A DNA stretch of 64,000 nt from an uncultured Dehalococcoidales bacterium (lineage in GTDB: Bacteria; Chloroflexota; Dehalococcoidia; Dehalococcoidales; BS750m-G39). Position numbers and translations under genes: made by a program. The notes under the pieces are model-generated. The model did no database searches. It had not been told where the DNA came from and saw only the letters and a program-made list of their open reading frames with translations. The stretch covers positions 2,779 to 66,778 of the forward strand of contig CAYNGD010000008.1 in NCBI GenBank assembly GCA_964396965.1, in the 5' to 3' direction. Numbering within the stretch: position 1 is the first letter of the stretch; each line of letters starts with the position of its first letter. Below, one piece after another: positions 17,129-26,985 of the stretch.

Positions 17129-18748
17129 CTAGTACATGCCTTCCATACCACCCGGTGGCATGGGCGGCGTCTTTTCCTTCTCCGGTATATCAGCCACCAG
17201 CGATTCGGTAATCAGAACCATAGCGGCAATGCTGGCGGCATTCTCCAGGGCCGACCTGACCACCTTGGTCGGGTCGATAATGCCCTTCTCCACCATATCG
17301 CCGAACTCGTCGGCCTCGGCATCGTAGCCGACGCCGGCCTTGGCCTTCTTGACGGCATCAACGATGACCGAGCCGTCCTTACCAGCGTTCTCGGCAATCC
17401 AGCGAATCGGCTCTTCCACCGCCTTGCGGATGATATTAACCCCGGTAGCCTCATCACCATCAGCAGCCACCTTTTTCAGAACCGAGGTAGCCCGCAGCAG
17501 GGCCACCCCACCGCCGGGCAGAATGCCCTCCTCCACCGCCGCCCGGGTGGCGGAAAGGGCGTCCTCGACCCGGTGCTTCCTCTCCTTAAGCTCGACCTCG
17601 GTAGCCGCGCCGACCTTGATAACGCCGACACCACCCACCAGCTTGGCCTGCCTCTCCTGTAATTTCTCGCGGTCAAAATCGGAGGTGGTCTCCTCTATCT
17701 GGGCCTTAATCTGCTTGATTCTGGCCTTGATGGCCTCCTCCGATCCCTTGCCCTCGACGATGGTGGTGCTGTCCTTATCGGCGGTCACCCGGCGGGCCCG
17801 GCCCAAATCTTCCACAGTAACCGAGTCCAGCTTGCGCCCCACCTCCTCCGAGATGACCTTACCGCCGGTGAGGATGGCTATATCCTCCAGCATCGCCTTG
17901 CGCCGGTCGCCAAAGCCGGGGGCCTTTACCGCCAATACATTTATGGTGCCCCGCAGCTTGTTGACCACCAGGGTGGCCAGGGCTTCGCCCTCTACATCCT
18001 CGGCGATAATCAGCAGGTTCTTGGATACCTGCAGTATCTTCTCCAGGGCCGGCAGCAGGTCGGACATCGCCGAGATTTTCTTGTCGGTAATGAGTATATA
18101 GGGGTCTTCTATCTCGGTCGACATCTTCTCAGCGTTGGTGATGAAATAGGGGCTGATGTAACCCCGGTCAAACTGCATACCTTCCACGTAGTCCGTCTCG
18201 TACTTTATCCCCTTGGACTCCTCGACGGTGATAACGCCGTCCTTGCCCACCTTCTCCATCACCTCGGCAATCAGGTTGCCGATCTCCTTGTCCTTGGCGG
18301 TGATGGTGCCCACCTGGGCAATCTGCTCCTTGCCCTTGACCTCAACCGATACCTTCTTCAGCTCGTCAACGACGGCTTTAGTCGCCTTCTCGATGCCCCT
18401 CTTAAGGGCGATAGGCTCGGCCCCAGCGGCCGCGTTTTTGAAGCCCTCGGTGATAATGGCGTGGGCCAGAACGGTAGAGGTGGTGGTGCCGTCGCCGCAG
18501 GCGTCGTTAGTCTTGGTAGCCGCCTCCTTGACCAGCTGGACGCCCATGTTCTCAAAGGGGTCGGGAAGCTCGATATCCTTGGCGATGGTAACCCCGTCAT
18601 CGATAACCGACGGCGCCCCCCATTTCTTGTCCAGGGCCACGCAGTGCCCCTTGGGGCCCAGGGTCACCTTGACCGCATCAGCCAGGGTATCTATCCCCTT
18701 CTTTATGGCATGCCTGACTTCTTCGTCAAATACAATCTGTTTAGCCAT
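17129..18748 (-). CDS. groL: chaperonin GroEL
   Basis: [10 protein letters not shown]...GDGTTT...C-terminal GGMEGMY. Confidence 0.97.
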   Translation of the reverse strand: MAKQIVFDEEVRHAIKKGIDTLADAVKVTLGPKGHCVALDKKWGAPSVIDDGVTIAKDIELPDPFENMGVQLVKEAATKTNDACGDGTTTSTVLAHAIITEGFKNAAAGAEPIALKRGIEKATKAVVDELKKVSVEVKGKEQIAQVGTITAKDKEIGNLIAEVMEKVGKDGVITVEESKGIKYETDYVEGMQFDRGYISPYFITNAEKMSTEIEDPYILITDKKISAMSDLLPALEKILQVSKNLLIIAEDVEGEALATLVVNKLRGTINVLAVKAPGFGDRRKAMLEDIAILTGGKVISEEVGRKLDSVTVEDLGRARRVTADKDSTTIVEGKGSEEAIKARIKQIKAQIEETTSDFDREKLQERQAKLVGGVGVIKVGAATEVELKERKHRVEDALSATRAAVEEGILPGGGVALLRATSVLKKVAADGDEATGVNIIRKAVEEPIRWIAENAGKDGSVIVDAVKKAKAGVGYDAEADEFGDMVEKGIIDPTKVVRSALENAASIAAMVLITESLVADIPEKEKTPPMPPGGMEGMY

Positions 18749-18758
18749 TTATTCCTCC

Positions 18759-19061
18759 TTATTTCTTACTAACCCTCTTGGCTAAAATGTCGCTCTCGCG
18801 CAGGATGATGAGCTCCTCATTGTCAACCTTGACCTCGGTGCCGCCATACTTGACGTAGAGCACCTCATCACCCACCTTAACATCCATGGCTATCCGTTTG
18901 CCGTCATCGGCCAGGCGGCCGGGGCCAACCGCCAGGACCTTACCCTCCTGGGGCTTCTCCTTGGCAGTATCGGGGAGGAAAATGCCACTCTTGGTCACCT
19001 CCTCCTTCTCAATAGGCTTGACGACCACCCGGTCGCCCAACGGTTGCAACTTAACCGCCAT
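18759..19061 (-). CDS. groS: co-chaperonin GroES
   Basis: 100 aa. [17 protein letters not shown]...[22 protein letters not shown]. Confidence 0.95.
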   Translation of the reverse strand: MAVKLQPLGDRVVVKPIEKEEVTKSGIFLPDTAKEKPQEGKVLAVGPGRLADDGKRIAMDVKVGDEVLYVKYGGTEVKVDNEELIILRESDILAKRVSKK

Positions 19062-19099
19062 TCTAGTCCTCCTTCCCTTAATTCATTCCTACTCTCATT

Positions 19100-19126
19100 T
19101 TAGCACTCTCGGCGGGAGAGTGCTAA
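19100..19126 (-). promoter_or_regulatory. CIRCE operator (HrcA binding site)
   Basis: TTAGCACTC-N9-GAGTGCTAA is a perfect match, 39 nt upstream of the groES start. Confidence 0.9.
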
Positions 19127-19131
19127 CACTT

Positions 19132-19161
19132 ATAATAAACCACCTTGGTCTTAACTATCAA
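19132..19161 (-). promoter_or_regulatory. sigma-70-type promoter of groES-groEL
   Basis: Minus strand reads TTGATA (19156-19161) - 18 nt - TATTAT (19132-19137), directly upstream of CIRCE. Confidence 0.6.
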
Positions 19162-19251
19162 CCCAGTTAATAACCTCTCATAGCTATTTAAAGTAATTTA
19201 CATGAGTTTACAGGCATATAAATGTCATATTCTTGGCTAAACACCGCTAAA

Positions 19252-20223
19252 TTAGGCCAGTTTAAGGCCGGGAACCACATCTAAGTCCAAACTGCCGGTC
19301 CTGCCCGCCCGCAGGCGGTAGTAGCCGCAGGCAGCTACCATGGCGGCATTATCGGTACAGAGAACCGGCGGCGGAACCAGCACCGGCAGCGGGGAATTCC
19401 TGGCCATCTGCTCCCGGAGCAGCCCGTTCGAGGCCACCCCACCGGACAATAACACCCTCTTGGCCCGCCGCCCCCGGGCGGCCGCCGCCGTCTTGGTCAC
19501 CAGAACGTCAACCACCGCCGCCTGAAAGCTGGCGGCGGCATCGGCCAGCGAGGAGACTTCACCCGCCTCAACCAGGCGCAGCAGCGCCGTCTTGACCCCG
19601 CTGAAGCTGAAATCATCACTCCCTCTAAGCCAAGCGCGGGGCAGCGGGATAGAGGCCGTGCCATCTCTGGCTGCCCGCTCGATGGCCGGGCCGCCAGGGT
19701 AGCCCAAACCCAGTATCCGGGCGGCCTTATCGAAGGCCTCGCCGGCGGCGTCGTCACGGGTGCGCCCCAGGACAGCGTATTCGCCGTGTCCCCTCATCAA
19801 GACCAGGTCGCTGTGCCCGCCGGAGACAATCAGGCAGACCACCGGGAAATCAATGCTGTGACTATTCAGCCAGTTGGCGTAGATATGGGCCTCCAGGTGG
19901 TTGACCCCGATAAGGGGCAGGCCCTGGGATAGAGCTATGGCCTTGGCCACGTTCACCCCCACCAGCAGCGAGCCGGCCAGGCCAGGCCCGATGGTAACGG
20001 CGATGCCGGAAAGCTCCCGCCAGCCAACCCCGGCCATGGCTATCTCGATAACCGGAACTATTGAGAGCAGGTGCTGGCGTGAGGCCACCTCGGGGACGAC
20101 CCCGCCGTAGCGGGCGTGTATTTCCACCTGAGAAGCAATCTGGTTGGAGAGTATTTTAGTGCCATCCTCGACCACCGCCGCCGCTGTCTCGTCGCAGGAG
20201 GTCTCTATCCCCAGGATTTTCAT
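19252..20223 (-). CDS. tsaD: tRNA N6-adenosine threonylcarbamoyltransferase TsaD
   Basis: [26 protein letters not shown]. Confidence 0.9.
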   Translation of the reverse strand: MKILGIETSCDETAAAVVEDGTKILSNQIASQVEIHARYGGVVPEVASRQHLLSIVPVIEIAMAGVGWRELSGIAVTIGPGLAGSLLVGVNVAKAIALSQGLPLIGVNHLEAHIYANWLNSHSIDFPVVCLIVSGGHSDLVLMRGHGEYAVLGRTRDDAAGEAFDKAARILGLGYPGGPAIERAARDGTASIPLPRAWLRGSDDFSFSGVKTALLRLVEAGEVSSLADAAASFQAAVVDVLVTKTAAAARGRRAKRVLLSGGVASNGLLREQMARNSPLPVLVPPPVLCTDNAAMVAACGYYRLRAGRTGSLDLDVVPGLKLA

Positions 20224-20231
20224 ACCCTTGA

Positions 20232-20240
20232 ATTATAGCA
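20232..20240 (-). promoter_or_regulatory. extended -10 (TGCTATAAT) 8 nt upstream of tsaD ATG (leaderless candidate)
   Basis: Plus-strand attatagca is TGCTATAAT on the minus strand. No SD fits in the 8-nt gap. Confidence 0.5.
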
Positions 20241-20249
20241 TAGACTCCT

Positions 20250-20278
20250 TTGACACACCTACTAACCAATGATATTAT
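20250..20278 (+). promoter_or_regulatory. sigma-70-type promoter for the CBS/CorC gene
   Basis: TTGACA (20250-20255) - 17 nt - TATTAT (20273-20278). Confidence 0.6.
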
Positions 20279-20330
20279 GACAAAAAGGGACTACTCAGGT
20301 CTATAGAAGTTGATAGCGGGGTGATGGTAT

Positions 20331-21608
20331 ATGTCCGGCCTTGACACACTCTATGTGGTGCTGCTTATCGTCTGCCTGATATTATCCGCCTTCTTCTCCA
20401 GCTCGGAGACTGCCTTTATCTCGCTGCAGAAGGTAAGAGTCCAGCACCTGATTGATAATAAGGTCAGGGGCGCCAAACTGGTAGCCAGGATGATAGCCCA
20501 GCCGGAGAAGCTCCTCTCCACCATCCTGCTGGGCAACAGTTTCTTTAACACCGCCGCCGCCGCCATAGCCACCGCCCTGGCCATCAAACTATGGCCGTCG
20601 CAGGGCATCCTCATCGCCACCATAGTGGTGACCATTCTGCTGCTGGTACTCTCCGAAACCACCCCCAAGACCATCGCTACCCGCCACGCCGAGGGCATGG
20701 CCCTCTTCTATGCCCGGCCCATAGAGGCGCTCTCCTGGCTGCTCACCCCCTTTGTGGTGGCGCTGAGCTGGATTGCCTCGGGATTCAGCAAGATGTTCGG
20801 CGGGGCGCCGGTACCCAGGTCTCTGGCCAGCGAGGAGGAAATCCGCACCATGATATCAATGGGGCACAGGGAGGGGACGGTGGAGGAGGAAGAGGCGGAG
20901 ATGCTGCGCAACGTGTTTGACTTCGGCAACCGCCCGGTTAGGGAGGTTATGGTGCCCCGCACCGAGGTGATATGGATAACCAGAGGCACCAAGCTGGCCG
21001 ATTTCCTCAAGCTCTACGCCGAAAACCCGCTGTCCCGCTTTCCGGTGTACGAGGACAACATAGACAACGTGGTCGGCATCCTGGCGGTAAAGGACATCGT
21101 CATGGCCCAGGCCAAGGGTAACTTCAACATCGAGGATACCATTGACGACCTCATCCGCCCGGCCTACTTCACCCCCGAGACCAAGCAGGTCAGCGAGCTA
21201 TTTACCGAGATGAGAGACAGGAACTACCGGATGACGGTGGTCGTCGATGAGTTTGGCGGCACCGCCGGCATCGTTTCCTTAAGCGGCCTGATGGAGGAAA
21301 TCGTTGGTCCGGTGGGCGACGAGCTGGCGGCCATAGAGAAGGACTACGAGACCATCAACGAGTACACCTTCCAGGTTGACGGCGGTATGCGGGTTGAGGA
21401 AGCCAACGAAGAGATGAAGCTGAACATACCCGAAGGCGACAACTACGAGACGGTGGCTGGCTTTATCCTCGACCTCCTGGGGCACATACCCAAGCAGGGT
21501 GAGCAGCTAAAATACAAGGACTACAAGATAGTTATCACCGAGATGCGGGGGATGAAGATAGAGAAGATACGCCTGATCAAGGAAAAGCATGCCGAGAATC
21601 CGGATTAG
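20331..21608 (+). CDS. CNNM/HlyC/CorC family transporter-associated protein (DUF21 + CBS pair + CorC_HlyC)
   Basis: N-terminal 4-TM region, central CBS-like region, C-terminal TVAGFILDLLGHIPKQGE...I.EM.G.KIEKIRL. Confidence 0.85.
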   Translation: MSGLDTLYVVLLIVCLILSAFFSSSETAFISLQKVRVQHLIDNKVRGAKLVARMIAQPEKLLSTILLGNSFFNTAAAAIATALAIKLWPSQGILIATIVVTILLLVLSETTPKTIATRHAEGMALFYARPIEALSWLLTPFVVALSWIASGFSKMFGGAPVPRSLASEEEIRTMISMGHREGTVEEEEAEMLRNVFDFGNRPVREVMVPRTEVIWITRGTKLADFLKLYAENPLSRFPVYEDNIDNVVGILAVKDIVMAQAKGNFNIEDTIDDLIRPAYFTPETKQVSELFTEMRDRNYRMTVVVDEFGGTAGIVSLSGLMEEIVGPVGDELAAIEKDYETINEYTFQVDGGMRVEEANEEMKLNIPEGDNYETVAGFILDLLGHIPKQGEQLKYKDYKIVITEMRGMKIEKIRLIKEKHAENPD

Positions 21609-22233
21609 GTTCAGCCGGGGCGAAGAGCTGAAGTTCATCTCCCACCTGGATATTATGCGCCTCTGGCAGAGGGCGCTGCACCGGGCCGGCCTGCCGCTGG
21701 CCTATACCGAAGGCTTCAGTCCACACCCCCGGATATCGCTGGCCGCCCCACTGGCGGTGGGGGTGACCAGCCAGAGTGAGCTGATGGACGTCTTCTGCAG
21801 CCAGTGGGTCTCCCCCCACTCCTTCACCGCCGCCCTGAGCCGGCAGTTGCCGCCGGGAATAGCCATAGTGCAGCTACATATGGTCGCCCCCACCCTGCCC
21901 TCGCTGCAGTCTCAGGTGAGCCAGGCTGAGTATGAGGTCGAAATAGAGACGGACAAGGACCAGCCGGGGGTGAAGGCGGCGCTGGAGCACCTGCTGTCGC
22001 TGGAACAACTGCCCTGGCACCATGAAAGGGATACCGGCACCCGCAGCTACGACCTGAGGGCCTTAATCAGCGACCTCTGGCTCATCGGCTGGCGCCAGGG
22101 CCAGAGCACCATCGGCATGAGGCTGCGCTGCGACAGCAGCGGCTCGGGAAGGCCGGAGCAGCTGGCGGCGGCTTTGGGATTCAGCCACCCCACCTCAATA
22201 CGCCGCACCAGGCTCATCCTCAAGACAAGCTAA
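21589..22233 (+). CDS. DUF2344 / radical-SAM-linked protein family
   Basis: RIRFSRGEELKFISHLDIMRLWQRALHRAGLPLAYTEGFSPHPRISLAAPLAVG is the family signature as I recall it. Confidence 0.65.
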   Translation: MPRIRIRFSRGEELKFISHLDIMRLWQRALHRAGLPLAYTEGFSPHPRISLAAPLAVGVTSQSELMDVFCSQWVSPHSFTAALSRQLPPGIAIVQLHMVAPTLPSLQSQVSQAEYEVEIETDKDQPGVKAALEHLLSLEQLPWHHERDTGTRSYDLRALISDLWLIGWRQGQSTIGMRLRCDSSGSGRPEQLAAALGFSHPTSIRRTRLILKTS

Positions 22234-22243
22234 GGACTGAGGC

Positions 22244-23668
22244 ATGAAGGCAGCCGAACAGCCACCATTGGAAGAGAGGGTCTTTGATTTTATCCGGCAG
22301 CACCGCCTGCTACCGGCCGGCCGGAAGCTGGTGGTGGCGGTGTCGGGCGGGGCGGACTCGGTCTGCCTTTTGCATATACTGGCCAGCCTTAAAAAAAGGC
22401 TGAGGCTAAACCTGCATATCGCCCACCTCGATCACCAGCTGCGGGGGGCTGAGGCAAAAGCCGACGCCGAATATGTCGCCGATTTGGCCCGAAAGCTGGG
22501 CATCCCGGCCACCATAGAGCGGCGTGAGGTAAGGGGCTACCAGAAAGAGAAGCGCCTCTCGCTGGAAGAGGCTGCCCGCGAGGTGAGGTACCGCTTCCTG
22601 GCCGAGGTGGCCGGGGCTGCTGGAGCCAGAAGGGTGGCGGTGGGGCACACCCGCGACGATCATATCGAGACGATACTGATGCACCTCATCCGGGGGGCGG
22701 GCACCAGGGGGTTGCGGGGACTGCAGCCGGCCACCGAGTGGCCGGCAAAAGACGGAAAGTTAATCGTCATAAGGCCACTGCTGGAGGTAAGCCACCAGGA
22801 AACGGAGGACTACTGCCGCCAGCACCGTCTCGCCCCCCGCCTGGACGCCTCCAACCTCTCCCTGTCGCCGCTGCGTAACCGCATCCGCCGGCAGCTTCTA
22901 CCCCTCCTCCAGGGCTATAACCCCGGAATTGCCGAGGCCCTGCTGCGTACCGGGCGCATCGCCGACGACGACATCGATTTCCTGGATAGAGAGACCGCCC
23001 GGCGGTGGCATAAAATCGCCCGGAAAGAGGGGGAAGCCGTTATCCTGGACAGGCTAAAGTTTGACCAACTGCCCCAAACATTAAAGCGCTACCTGCTCCG
23101 AAGCGGGGCGGAGAAGCTGCTGGGCAGCGCCAAGGACATTGAGATGAGGCACATCGAGGAGATGATGGCGCTGCTGGGCAGTCCGGCGGGGAAAAGGCTC
23201 AGCCTGCCCGGTGGTTTAAGCTTTATCACCGGCTACGATAGCTACATATTGACCACAGATTTGGCCGCATTATCCCCCCTCCCCGAGTTAGAAGGCGAGA
23301 CTAAGCTCAATATCCCCGGCCAGACTAGGCTTTCCGGCTGGCGCGTAGAGGCGGCCATCACAGAGCCGCAAAAGGTGGCCGAGAAAGGCGACTTCACCGC
23401 CCACCTTGATTTTTCCAAGACCGGCGACAGGCTGACGGTGCGGGCACGCCGGCGGGGGGACAAATTTCAGCCGCTGGGCTTGCCTCAATCCAAGAAGCTG
23501 GGGGAGTTTATGATAGACGCCAGGATTCCCCAAACCTGGCGCAAAAATATACCCATCGTCGGCTCAACAGGGCAAATCGTCTGGGTAGTCGGCTGGCGCA
23601 TCGACGAGCGGGTGAAGGTAACCAAAAACACCGAGAGGGTTCTGCGTCTGGAATTCAAGCGGGACTAA
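22244..23668 (+). CDS. tilS: tRNA(Ile)-lysidine synthase
   Basis: PP-loop VAVSGGADSVCLLH, HLDHQLRG, C-terminal TilS domain. Confidence 0.85.
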   Translation: MKAAEQPPLEERVFDFIRQHRLLPAGRKLVVAVSGGADSVCLLHILASLKKRLRLNLHIAHLDHQLRGAEAKADAEYVADLARKLGIPATIERREVRGYQKEKRLSLEEAAREVRYRFLAEVAGAAGARRVAVGHTRDDHIETILMHLIRGAGTRGLRGLQPATEWPAKDGKLIVIRPLLEVSHQETEDYCRQHRLAPRLDASNLSLSPLRNRIRRQLLPLLQGYNPGIAEALLRTGRIADDDIDFLDRETARRWHKIARKEGEAVILDRLKFDQLPQTLKRYLLRSGAEKLLGSAKDIEMRHIEEMMALLGSPAGKRLSLPGGLSFITGYDSYILTTDLAALSPLPELEGETKLNIPGQTRLSGWRVEAAITEPQKVAEKGDFTAHLDFSKTGDRLTVRARRRGDKFQPLGLPQSKKLGEFMIDARIPQTWRKNIPIVGSTGQIVWVVGWRIDERVKVTKNTERVLRLEFKRD

Positions 23669-23689
23669 AACAGCCGGGGAAATAGCAAA

Positions 23690-24379
23690 ATGACCGAGGA
23701 AAAGGAACATACCGAACTAAATATAAAAAAGTGGGACTTGAGGGCGGAAACCTATGACGAAAGACGCTTCAACTATTTCCGCTTCATGCAAAAGAGACTG
23801 GTCTCTCTATTAGAGCCGAAGGAGAACCAGCATCTTCTTGACCTCGGTTGCGGCACCGGTTGGGCGGTACGCTACGCCGCCCGCCTGGTTAATGAACAGG
23901 GAGAATTCTACGGCATTGACATTTCCCCCAAAATGATTGAGAAGGCAAGAACAAGCTCTGCCGATTATCAGAACGTCCATTTTTATCAGGCCAGTGCCGA
24001 TCAGCTCCCTTTTGAGGATAACTTCTTTGATTTCATTATCTGCTCTAATTCATTTCACCATTACTTCAGTCCCGACAGAGTATTGAGCGAGGCGTTCCGG
24101 GTTTTGAAGCCTGAGGGCAGAATCTACATTATGGACCCCACTGCCGACGGACCCATTATGAAAATGATTGATAAATGGACTAAAAAGAAAGACCCCGCAC
24201 ATGTGAAATTGTATAGCACCAAAGAGTATCGCGAGCTCTTTGTCGGAGCCGGCCTAAACTATATTAGCAGCAAATTGATTACGCCGCCGCTGAAGATCCA
24301 CATCGCCGAAAAACGGCAGCCTAAACTGGTTCCACCCCAGCAGACTCCCCCCAGCGAAGCCATAAAGCCCCGGCGGTGA
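23690..24379 (+). CDS. class I SAM-dependent methyltransferase (Methyltransf_11-like)
   Basis: LLDLGCGTGW motif I, FDFIICSNSFHH, LKPEGRIYI. G+C visibly lower than neighbours. Confidence 0.75.
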   Translation: MTEEKEHTELNIKKWDLRAETYDERRFNYFRFMQKRLVSLLEPKENQHLLDLGCGTGWAVRYAARLVNEQGEFYGIDISPKMIEKARTSSADYQNVHFYQASADQLPFEDNFFDFIICSNSFHHYFSPDRVLSEAFRVLKPEGRIYIMDPTADGPIMKMIDKWTKKKDPAHVKLYSTKEYRELFVGAGLNYISSKLITPPLKIHIAEKRQPKLVPPQQTPPSEAIKPRR

Positions 24380-25112
24380 CCACCACCGCTATCGCCGCCA
24401 CCTCAATTTCCACGGTGACTACGGTTAAATAGCCGGTATAAAGCAGAACCGCGCTGTAGTTCAGGAAGGCGTGCAGGACGGCGGCTATCAGGTAGAACTG
24501 CCATCCCCAGCCCTTGGCCAGACCCCAGCCGGCTATTGCCGAAAAAGCGATATGGGCGGCTATGGTAAAGAACCTTTCCCAGAACGGGGCCAGCGCTATC
24601 AGCCCGCTGCTCTGCACTGTTGCCCAGCCCCAGCCCGAGATAAAGACATTATTATGCACCCACACCACCTCAAGGAGGCCCAGGCCGAGCCCGGCCACCG
24701 CCCCGAGGGCCAGCCCTAACCTGGGGGTAATCTTCCTGCCCTTGCGCCACCAGACGACGACCACCGGCACCAGCTTTGAGCCCTCCTGGACCAGGCCAGT
24801 GAGGAGTATCCCCGGTATGCCCATGAACAGGATCAGGCTCTGGTAGGTCTGCATGCCAAAGCGACCAACCAGAAAGTTGCCGGTCAGCTGCTGGAGGGGA
24901 ATCTGAATAAACGAAACCGCTATCCAGCTCAGGATGGCGCTGCCAGCCAGGACCGCCCAGGCCCAGGGTTTCCAGAGGATAGGCGTCCAGTAGGCAGTAA
25001 ACCAGACGGCGCCGAAGGCAAAAGCCAGACCGATGCTCAAAAGTGCCTGTTGCCACAGGAGGCCATGATAGACAAACCCGGAGAGGAAAAAGTTGACCAT
25101 CAGTGTCAGCAT
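24321..25112 (-). CDS. polytopic membrane protein, possibly YhfC/CPBP-like intramembrane protease
   Basis: About 7-8 hydrophobic segments. QEGSK and FWERFFTIAAHIAFS / LHAFLNY resemble Glu/His motifs of that superfamily. AAGGAGGG SD. Confidence 0.45.
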   Translation of the reverse strand: MLTLMVNFFLSGFVYHGLLWQQALLSIGLAFAFGAVWFTAYWTPILWKPWAWAVLAGSAILSWIAVSFIQIPLQQLTGNFLVGRFGMQTYQSLILFMGIPGILLTGLVQEGSKLVPVVVVWWRKGRKITPRLGLALGAVAGLGLGLLEVVWVHNNVFISGWGWATVQSSGLIALAPFWERFFTIAAHIAFSAIAGWGLAKGWGWQFYLIAAVLHAFLNYSAVLLYTGYLTVVTVEIEVAAIAVVVTAGALWLRWGESAGVEPV

Positions 25113-25125
25113 GAGTCCCTCCTTT

Positions 25126-26655
25126 TCACTTTATCCGCTTGAGCCTAGGGTTGGGGGTAATGCCGGGAATCCGGCCCCGCTTGGCTATCGGCTTGCCGGC
25201 TACCTCATGCAGGTCAGCGGTGATATCGATAGGCTTGGCCCCGGTGATATAGCTGCCGACGCCAAAACCGTCCACCGGCGCTCCCGCCTCGACGAACTGC
25301 CTGATTCTCTCCACGCTCACGCCGCCGCTGACGAAAATCTTGACCTTCTTGAAACCGGCCAGGTCGAGCCGCGCCCTGACCTCCTTGACCAGGGCCGGGG
25401 TAACCCGCCCCCGCTCGGAAGGGGTGTCCAGACGGACGCTGTCCAGCCTGTCGCCCAGCGCCTTAGCCACCAGCACCGACTCCTCGGCCTCGTCCTTGAA
25501 GGTATCCACCAGGGAAACGCGGGGGATACCCTTGGGCATATGCTTATCAAAGGCCAGGGTGGCCTTGACCGTGTCCCCGATGACCAGAATCAGGGCGTGG
25601 GGTATCGTCCCCGCCGGCTCGATGCCGGCCAGCTTGGCCCCGGCCACGCTGGAGCAACCGGCGCAGCCGCCAACGATAGCCGAATAGTCCATTATACCGG
25701 CTATGGCCGGATAGACATGGCGGGCGCCGAAGCTGACCACGGGTATCCCCTGGGCGGCCTCGACGCACTCGCGGGCGGCGGTAGCCCAGGCGCTGCAGTG
25801 GGCCAGGATGCCGTCTATGGCCGTCTCGTAGAGGCTGTAGCTCTGGTAGGGGGCGGTGACGCGCAGCACCACATCCTTCTCACTGATGCTGTCACCGTCG
25901 GCCAGCGCCCAGACCTCACTTTTATCTTTAGGCAAAACCCGGGCTAGTAGCGCCTTGACCTCCTCCATGCCGCAGAGCACCCCGGCCCGGCTGGCGAAGA
26001 ACTCCATTGTCGCCACCGGGTTAAGCCCCTCAGCGCGCAGCACCTCAAGGGTGCGGGAGAAATAGACATCGGCCGTCTCACCGGAGAGGACAGCTTCTGA
26101 TGGCTCGAATTTAGCCTTCTTAGGCGGCTTAGCCGCCGGGCTGGTCAGCCTGGCCCCCAGCACCCTCTCCATATGCCCCAGGGCGAAGTGGTGGGCCGCC
26201 TCGTCGGAGGAGGCAACACTGTCAACCGGCACCTCCACCCTGTAGTCGCGGTTGCGGGCGTCGGAGACGGTGTGGCAGACGCAGATTTCGGTGCAGACAC
26301 CGCAGACAATCAGCTTATCCGGCCCTAACTTTTTAAGCTTCTCCTCAAGGCTGGTACCAAAAAAGGCGCTGTAACGCCTCTTTGGGATTACTTCACCCTG
26401 GTATTTGGCCAGTTCGGGGATGACCTCGGCCTCGGCGGTGCCCTCGATGCAGTGGGGAGGGAACTGCTGGAACTCCTCGTCATCAGGGGCGTGGTGGTCG
26501 CAGACGAAGAATACCTTAGAGCCCTTAGCCAGTTCCCTCTCCAGCAGGCGCTGGACATTAGGGATGATGTGCCGGGCCCTCTCCCCGCAGTAGAGGGGAT
26601 ATTCCTCCTCCATAAAGCCCCTGACCATATCTATCACCAGAACGGCGTTAGCCAT
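25126..26655 (-). CDS. fusion: isochorismatase-family nicotinamidase (PncA-like) + nicotinate phosphoribosyltransferase (archaeal/QAPRT-like type)
   Basis: N-terminus: VLVIDMVRGF (Asp), KRRYSAF (Lys), CGVCTEICV (Cys), the cysteine-hydrolase triad. C-terminal about 330 aa: SFGARH, GTIPHALI, SVRLDTPSERG, FVSGG are NAPRT-like. Confidence 0.7.
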   Translation of the reverse strand: MANAVLVIDMVRGFMEEEYPLYCGERARHIIPNVQRLLERELAKGSKVFFVCDHHAPDDEEFQQFPPHCIEGTAEAEVIPELAKYQGEVIPKRRYSAFFGTSLEEKLKKLGPDKLIVCGVCTEICVCHTVSDARNRDYRVEVPVDSVASSDEAAHHFALGHMERVLGARLTSPAAKPPKKAKFEPSEAVLSGETADVYFSRTLEVLRAEGLNPVATMEFFASRAGVLCGMEEVKALLARVLPKDKSEVWALADGDSISEKDVVLRVTAPYQSYSLYETAIDGILAHCSAWATAARECVEAAQGIPVVSFGARHVYPAIAGIMDYSAIVGGCAGCSSVAGAKLAGIEPAGTIPHALILVIGDTVKATLAFDKHMPKGIPRVSLVDTFKDEAEESVLVAKALGDRLDSVRLDTPSERGRVTPALVKEVRARLDLAGFKKVKIFVSGGVSVERIRQFVEAGAPVDGFGVGSYITGAKPIDITADLHEVAGKPIAKRGRIPGITPNPRLKRIK

Positions 26656-26672
26656 CGTTTTCCTCCTGGCCT

Positions 26673-26981
26673 CTACGGCTCCAGCATCTCCAGATATTTT
26701 ATATAGTCTTTGAGAAGGGACGTTGTCTTATCAATATCCCTTTTATTGAGGGCATCCAGCGCCTCCTGCAAGACCTGGACCTCCGAGTCCAGGCAGGTCC
26801 TTATCTCGCAGAAAGTCCCGCAGCAGGGCTGGATGCCATCGGCGGCCCGCCAGAGCAGCGCCGACTTTATCTCCAGCATCTTCTCCAGCTCCGCCTTTGA
26901 CTCGTCAAACCTAGCCTGGTCGGCCAGCTTGTCTATCAGCTTCTCCACCTGCTCTTTAGAGATTATTAACATCTTATCCAT
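26673..26981 (-). CDS. hypothetical small helical protein with CCGTFCEIRTC motif
   Basis: 102-aa ORF tightly packed between purH (5-nt gap) and the PncA-NAPRT gene (17-nt gap). No recognisable family. Confidence 0.4.
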   Translation of the reverse strand: MDKMLIISKEQVEKLIDKLADQARFDESKAELEKMLEIKSALLWRAADGIQPCCGTFCEIRTCLDSEVQVLQEALDALNKRDIDKTTSLLKDYIKYLEMLEP

Positions 26982-26985
26982 CAGT

